Source: the human T2T-CHM13v2.0 reference genome, Homo sapiens. Taken from it: a stretch of DNA of 64,000 nucleotides. Position 1 is the first letter of the stretch; each line of letters starts with the position of its first letter. The stretch lies in the NCBI RefSeq assembly GCF_009914755.1, contig NC_060926.1. The stretch is one strand, 5' to 3'. A program made the translations under genes and the position numbers. Under the pieces are notes generated by a model. That model was not told where the DNA came from and did not search any database. It was given only the letters and a program-made list of their open reading frames with translations. Positions 57,531-64,000 of this stretch are shown here, in pieces.

Positions 57531-57840
57531 CGGCTTTCCAATGCCCTTAGAAATAGATCAAATTTCTTAGCTTAGCTAATCAGGCCCTACATGATCTGGT
57601 GGCTCCGACTCCCGTGACCTCCCTTCGCAAATCTACACCTGGCTTTAAATGCGCTCCTATTTTCTATCTTCAGTGGTCCTTTTTCTTGTTCTTAAATAGG
57701 CCAAGCAGCTTTTAGCCTTTATATTTTCAGTTTACTTTACTGGGATTCCCTTCCTCCAGATGATTAACATGGCTGGTTCCTTTGTTATCTCCCAACAGTG
57801 ACAGTGAAGGCCATAGTTCTCTTTCCGCAAAACCCTGATT
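57531..57840 (+). mobile_element. L2 fragment (host of the LTR)
   Basis: ttccaatgcccttagaaatagatcaaa..aggccctacatgatctgg. Confidence 0.6.
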
Positions 57841-60184
57841 CCTGTCCTAATTTTGCCACCCACACACACATTTGTTATCAAGTAGCTCCTTCTGTCAAAA
57901 TCATGCAAGTTGTTCTGAAATTTCAATACAACTCAGCCTTCTGTCCTTTCAAGTTCTTCTAACTTCCATGAAAAGCTTGCTCAAGAAACAGCTGACAATT
58001 TCTTGGTGTCAGGATTAATTTAAACTTTTAGTCAGAATCAGGTGACAAAGACTGCACACAGAACAGACTGGAATCCTAAAACTGGGTTGCAGTCTGAAGA
58101 ACATACACTATTACTAGACTTTTAAGCCCATTTATGCAAATGCAAGGGTACCTATTCGATATGTCCAGCTAACAGACATATCTCTGATACCACTCATTTC
58201 TCCAAAGAAAAATTATTTCTAGCACACTATATGCTAATTAATAAACTTTCTGGTCTTGATTGGAGTTACAAATATTGCTCTTCTGGAGGAGGTTTTTCAT
58301 TAGAGTCCTTTAAATGTTCACTAACTAGTCCTCGAGTGGTAGTTTTCATTAATGTACTTGAAATATTTACCTGCCACCCCTAATGTGCTAGGTTAAAACA
58401 CAGACTCACTCCTGAACACATACACTCACACATCACACATTCTCTCTTCTGATTTGTCTTCTAGTAAGTTATAGAAAACATAAGTATTGGGAATCGCTTC
58501 TGTATAGTACAAATGAGTGAGAATCCTTCCACTGCTACCCCCACCACAAACAACCACATACACACCAGTTCTAAGTGAATTGACAGGGGAATAAAAACTT
58601 AGTTTACTACTGGGATGGGGACTAAGAATCATTGGTTCACCCCTTTAGTCTTTCCATGAAACTGGTGAGATTTAAAGAAATTGTTTCTGGCACCTCCCAT
58701 TTAACCTGGAATGTATTTTGTGACAGAAACAAGGCCTGTCTTAATTTGGCTTGAAATGGATCTGTTGGTTGTGCATTTCTGTATCTTTATGTGTTAAGTA
58801 GCTATTTCAGTCTTCCCAGAATGACTCTCATAAAACCTAGATTATGATTCTCCACTTCTTCTCTTCCTGCTCTCTCAGTAAATCATTGCACACAGGTGTA
58901 CATGAGCAATTTATAATATACTGATCATTTTAAAGAATAAACTGAAGAGAGGGTTTCATATCAAATACTCCAAGGCAAACTCTTCTAAAATCATCTTGAG
59001 ACATATCTCTTCTTTCAGGTCTCTTTTACCTCTCACGTGATCAAACAGATGTTTTTTTCTTCCTCTTTTCTTCCCCCAGACACTGCTCAGCTTCTGCTTA
59101 GTCCTTCTCTTCTTCTCTTCCAAAAGAAAAAGTGTTTCTTTTCTTTTACACGTGTAATAATCCTACCATGTCTCCATATCCTAGATGACAATTGATAACA
59201 GACACCCCCAACCCCTGGCCTCTACCATGAACAAGTTTATTGAAACAGCAAATGTAGGTCTTTCCTTCTAGAAGATTTGTATACCAGCAGCCTAGAAAAA
59301 AAAATTCCTCACACTGTTGCATTTGTACTTGTAGAAATATAGATTGAGTTCTCTGCACCACATGTATTTTTTGAAGCAGAAACTCATTTTAATTTGGAGA
59401 TTTCTTGAGTAATAGAAACAAAAAATGCTCATTAACTTTGGATTTTCTTCAAATGTGATGGATGTGGTTTCTTATGATGATATTTCATGTATAACAAAAA
59501 GGCACAAGCTATTCTGTCTCAACACACACTAATCTAAAGTTATTTGTGTAAAGAGTATTAACTTAAGAACAAATATCTAAAATAAGTAAGAGATCACCAC
59601 AAGCTTTCTAAAATAATTTTGTTGAAAAAAATGAAAAATGTGATTCTAATAATCTACATCTTCGACAGATGTAATCTGTCTCCCTACATTCTTCTGGTGA
59701 TCATATTTTCTAGAAAAAAAATCAGAATTAAGAATATTTGTAATTTTGTAATAATATTAATGCAAGAAGTAGTTCAGATATTGGATTTCCTGGGACATTT
59801 CCATAATGTATGGGAAAAGTACTTCAGAACACTTGAAATTAGTACTGTCTTTGAAATATGTCTGCCTTATTCCAAAGTAAGCCCTACAAATAGAAAACAG
59901 GAAGCTATCTAAATATTATGATCTAAGGGACAGTACAAAGTCCTATGCCTTGCATTATCTTTACCTATCATAGTCTTTCTCAATGCCTGGACTAAAATTG
60001 CCATTACTTGAACGTTTCTTCTCAGGTATGAGAAAGTAATCTGTATTCTTCAGAAAAATATTGTTAAAATGTTTACTATTTTTTATTGCAAGGTGATGGG
60101 GGAGGTCACCAAATTAGTAATAACTTGTGACTAGAAAAATTAAGATCCTGGCAGAATGAGAAATTATACCATGGGGTGGGGGAA

Positions 60185-60370
60185 AACTAGATTTGAATTC
60201 AGGAACTTTGAGTTCCAGTGCTAGCTGTGATGTTGACTTGTCAAGAGATCATGGGCAACTCATGTAATCTTCAGCAGCCACAATTTCTCCAGTTTTGGAA
60301 TAGAGTTAGTAGCAGTAGTACTTCCCAGTTTGATTTTTGCCTTAAAAAATTGAAAAGTGCTTTAGGATCA
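60185..60370 (+). mobile_element. MIR fragment
   Basis: tttgaattcaggaactttgagttccagtgctagct..gatcatgggcaactcatgtaatct. Confidence 0.55.
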
Positions 60371-61309
60371 GGAAACTAATAGGGGAAGCAGAAGGGAATC
60401 GACTTTGGGTTGGCTAATGCTAATCATAAATATTGATAATATAGAATGAAGGTGCAAAGGAAAGAAGGAGGATGAAATTTCCAAAGTCATCCCTCCTGCC
60501 CCCACAAGACAGGTTAGCTGTCTCATGGGAACGCTGAGGTAAGTCATGCTTAAACAAAACCTCACTCTTACCTAGAATTGGCTGTGACCATAATACAAGG
60601 ATAATTTAGGCAAGTGGGAGAATACAGATAAACAACAACAATAAAAATATGTATGGCATCAAGAATTATAGAATCATGGATCCTGGTTACTTATATTTTC
60701 AAAGCCAAATTGAAATAATGTGTTAGATAAGGAGGAAGCTCAAAGACTAATTTATTGGAGGATTTAAACAATTTTTCTTTGCTATGTTTCCCTAGAGACT
60801 TTAGGAGATTGCTTTTAAAGTCTTGTGCTATCATGCATGTCAGTATCTGATACAGTTTTATCCATAATTTACTAAAGGAGTAACAGTGGCACAGTGAAAG
60901 CTGACTGACCATAAATGCTTAGGGCTTTGTAGTATTAATATTATCGCCTCAGGAACCAAGGAAAGTATGAAATCAGCTGTGAAGATTTTGACCTCTGACC
61001 TGCAAGTCTATGATATATATCCCTTAAATAGGTGCCTTGTCCATAGGGAGACGATTAGAGACTTAACAAAAAAAAAGTCCCAAACTTTCTCTATTACCTC
61101 AGTTGTGGTACCGAGTCTAATGTTTAGACGTAACTTGAAAGATACTCCTGAGATAAAATGAAATATTTCCCATCTCTTTTTCTCAGTTCATCATAAGTGT
61201 CATTCAGAGGTAATGATACAGAAGAAAAAAGTACTTAAGTTGCCTTTCATTTCCCTTTTCTGTCTTCCATCTCAAAAGGAGATTCCAGGGAAGATATAAG
61301 ACAGAGAGA

Positions 61310-62130
<821 letters not shown>

Positions 62131-63889
62131 AGATCGCCATCATAAAGAACAAATTAGGAATATCTAGGGGATAATGTTACTCGGTGAGAAATAAACAAGC
62201 CTTCCTTAGAAACTTAGAAAATTATACCCTTTATTTCTGACTACTTCAAATTATGTTCTGGTAGTACCATTGGTGAATTTCCCGAGCAGGCAGCCTCCAA
62301 TTGTAGAAAAGAATTGTGTTCCCAAAATTGACTTGTAAGGAGTTTGGATCTGAGAATACACAGAAACAATGCTACCAATGGTGTTTTTGCTTTTAGGTCA
62401 GTTTATAGGAGCAGAATCCTTAATATGCCTAAATTATTATACTAACAGTCCATTTCAATGTCACCAAATATCCATAAGAGAATCTTTCTCAAGAGTCCAG
62501 CTTCTGAGTACCATGAAATACATTTTACCTCCTAGTGGTGATTTCTTTTTACTGCATCAGGTCATGGTTGGGTAGATAAAGCATGAAAGGGAACTCTGCT
62601 GGGACTCCCAGGAAGTAGCAGTTTATTTGCTTTCTGTGTTGCTTTCTGATGCAGAGAATATGGAATAAAAGGCTGACAACCTGTGTTGTAGATTGAGTAA
62701 CTGTTTCTTGCTCTGTGACTTCAGAAAACAGGCCTTGGTTTTCACATCTGTAATACGGTGTTGGTATGTGTACGTGTGCATATATGTGTGCTGGGAGCCA
62801 GGTGGACTGCCTTTTAAATTCAGCACTACCTTTTGAAGTTCTTTCCACCCTAAAAAGTCATGCTTCTGTGCTGAGAAAAGCACTTTCTCAAAGCCCTGTT
62901 ACTGCTGAAGGGAAGGCTGCCCTCTGGGCCAGTAACTAGGTGGGGAGGAGACTAGAAGAGAGCAGCTCAGGAAAACAAGCTGCACTCCTTCAATGTCTGC
63001 TGATCTATATGAAGGCCTCCCTAGTAAAGCCAAGGGGGGTTTCTCACCACTCTCCTTTTTTGAGGTTCCCTGTATTAATAAATGAAGGAATGACAAAATA
63101 GGATTGTAAAAATTATGGAATTGTGAATATTTTCATTTGACAAATTAGCACAACAGAAATTATGATATAATTGAGCTACTAAGAATTAACTATAATATTT
63201 ATAAAAAATCATTTATGGTACAATCTAAAGTAGTTCAGTAATTGAGTGTATGTGTGAAGTTTTATGAGAGACATGGAAAACATATTGTCAATAAATATGT
63301 CTGTTATTCTATATATGAACTCACCTGGAGATAGCATCAAAGACCTAATTTATGGCCACTTTTGTATGAAGCCCTAGTCAAAGGGCCTTTCTAGTAACTT
63401 TTGTGAGATGCCCTGTTCCCTCATGTTAGTAAAGTTATAGACTATTTCTAGTTAGAGTATCAAATCAGAAATAACAGTGCCGCACATTCTCAATGATCTC
63501 ATTTTCCCTAATCATGTGATTGGTTATCTTATCAATTCTATTTTTTTCTCAGAGTAGTTTCTATCATTTGAGGAAGAAATAAAAGAATAAATATCCAAAT
63601 AAAGATAACTAGACTAGCTGCACAATTACTTTGGGAAAAAAATTGAAATGATTATAAATCATATGCAGTGTGATAAGTCATGGACACAAGTTCAGGATAC
63701 TTATTCCTCTCAAATTGTGGATTCAAATGAAATTCAATATGGGATTTTGAAAATACATCAATTTTATCAATGTTTAAAAAATTTTGTAACACAAAGATGA
63801 TTTTTTTTGTAAATGTAATATATGTATGCTGAAAGTAAGGTTGTTTTCCCTACCTAGAGGAGCATTTGAAAATTTAGAAATAATGATAT

Positions 63890-64000
63890 TTTATTAATTT
63901 TCTTATTTTTGAGGCAGGGTCTTGCTATGTTGCCCAGGCTGGAGTGCAGTGGTGCACCATCACAGCTCACTGCACTCCTGGACTCAAGTGAACCTCTCAC
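63890..64000 (-). mobile_element. AluJ 3' part, cut by the window edge
   Basis: tttgaggcagggtcttgctatgttgcccaggctggagtgcagtggtgc..cacagctcactgca. Confidence 0.9.

Noticed and set aside
60530-60546. Consensus donor GAG|GTAAGT
   Set aside because: No convincing upstream acceptor or coding similarity

Overview
This is primate (most likely human) genomic DNA, AT-rich and CpG-depleted, and almost entirely intronic. Two short coding exons on the + strand (22514-22551 and 24803-24863) splice in frame to (E)IDDKRGPNTQGE-LQNASPKQRKQSVYTPPTIK(G). I recognise this as the middle of PPP1R1C (inhibitor-5 of PP1, DARPP-32/inhibitor-1 family); its other exons are not visible here. The rest is interspersed repeats: 14 Alus plus a FAM monomer, L1PB/L1M fragments, L2, MIR, L3, solo LTRs (MSTA, MLT1, MER67-like, MER34/39-like), a complete THE1 provirus, a Tigger4 carrying a nested MER85, and a tailless 5S rRNA retropseudogene. 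Nearly all ORFs in the supplied track are repeat-derived or chance. I see no demonstrably new biological system. The best lead is the cluster at 53175-56027. There the 5' LTR of an antisense THE1 lost its poly(A) hexamer through a 24-bp insertion apparently copied from the neighbouring Tigger4, next to a MER85 with an intact CSB-PGBD3 palindrome. Repeat subfamily names come from remembered consensus sequences, and boundaries of old repeats are approximate.
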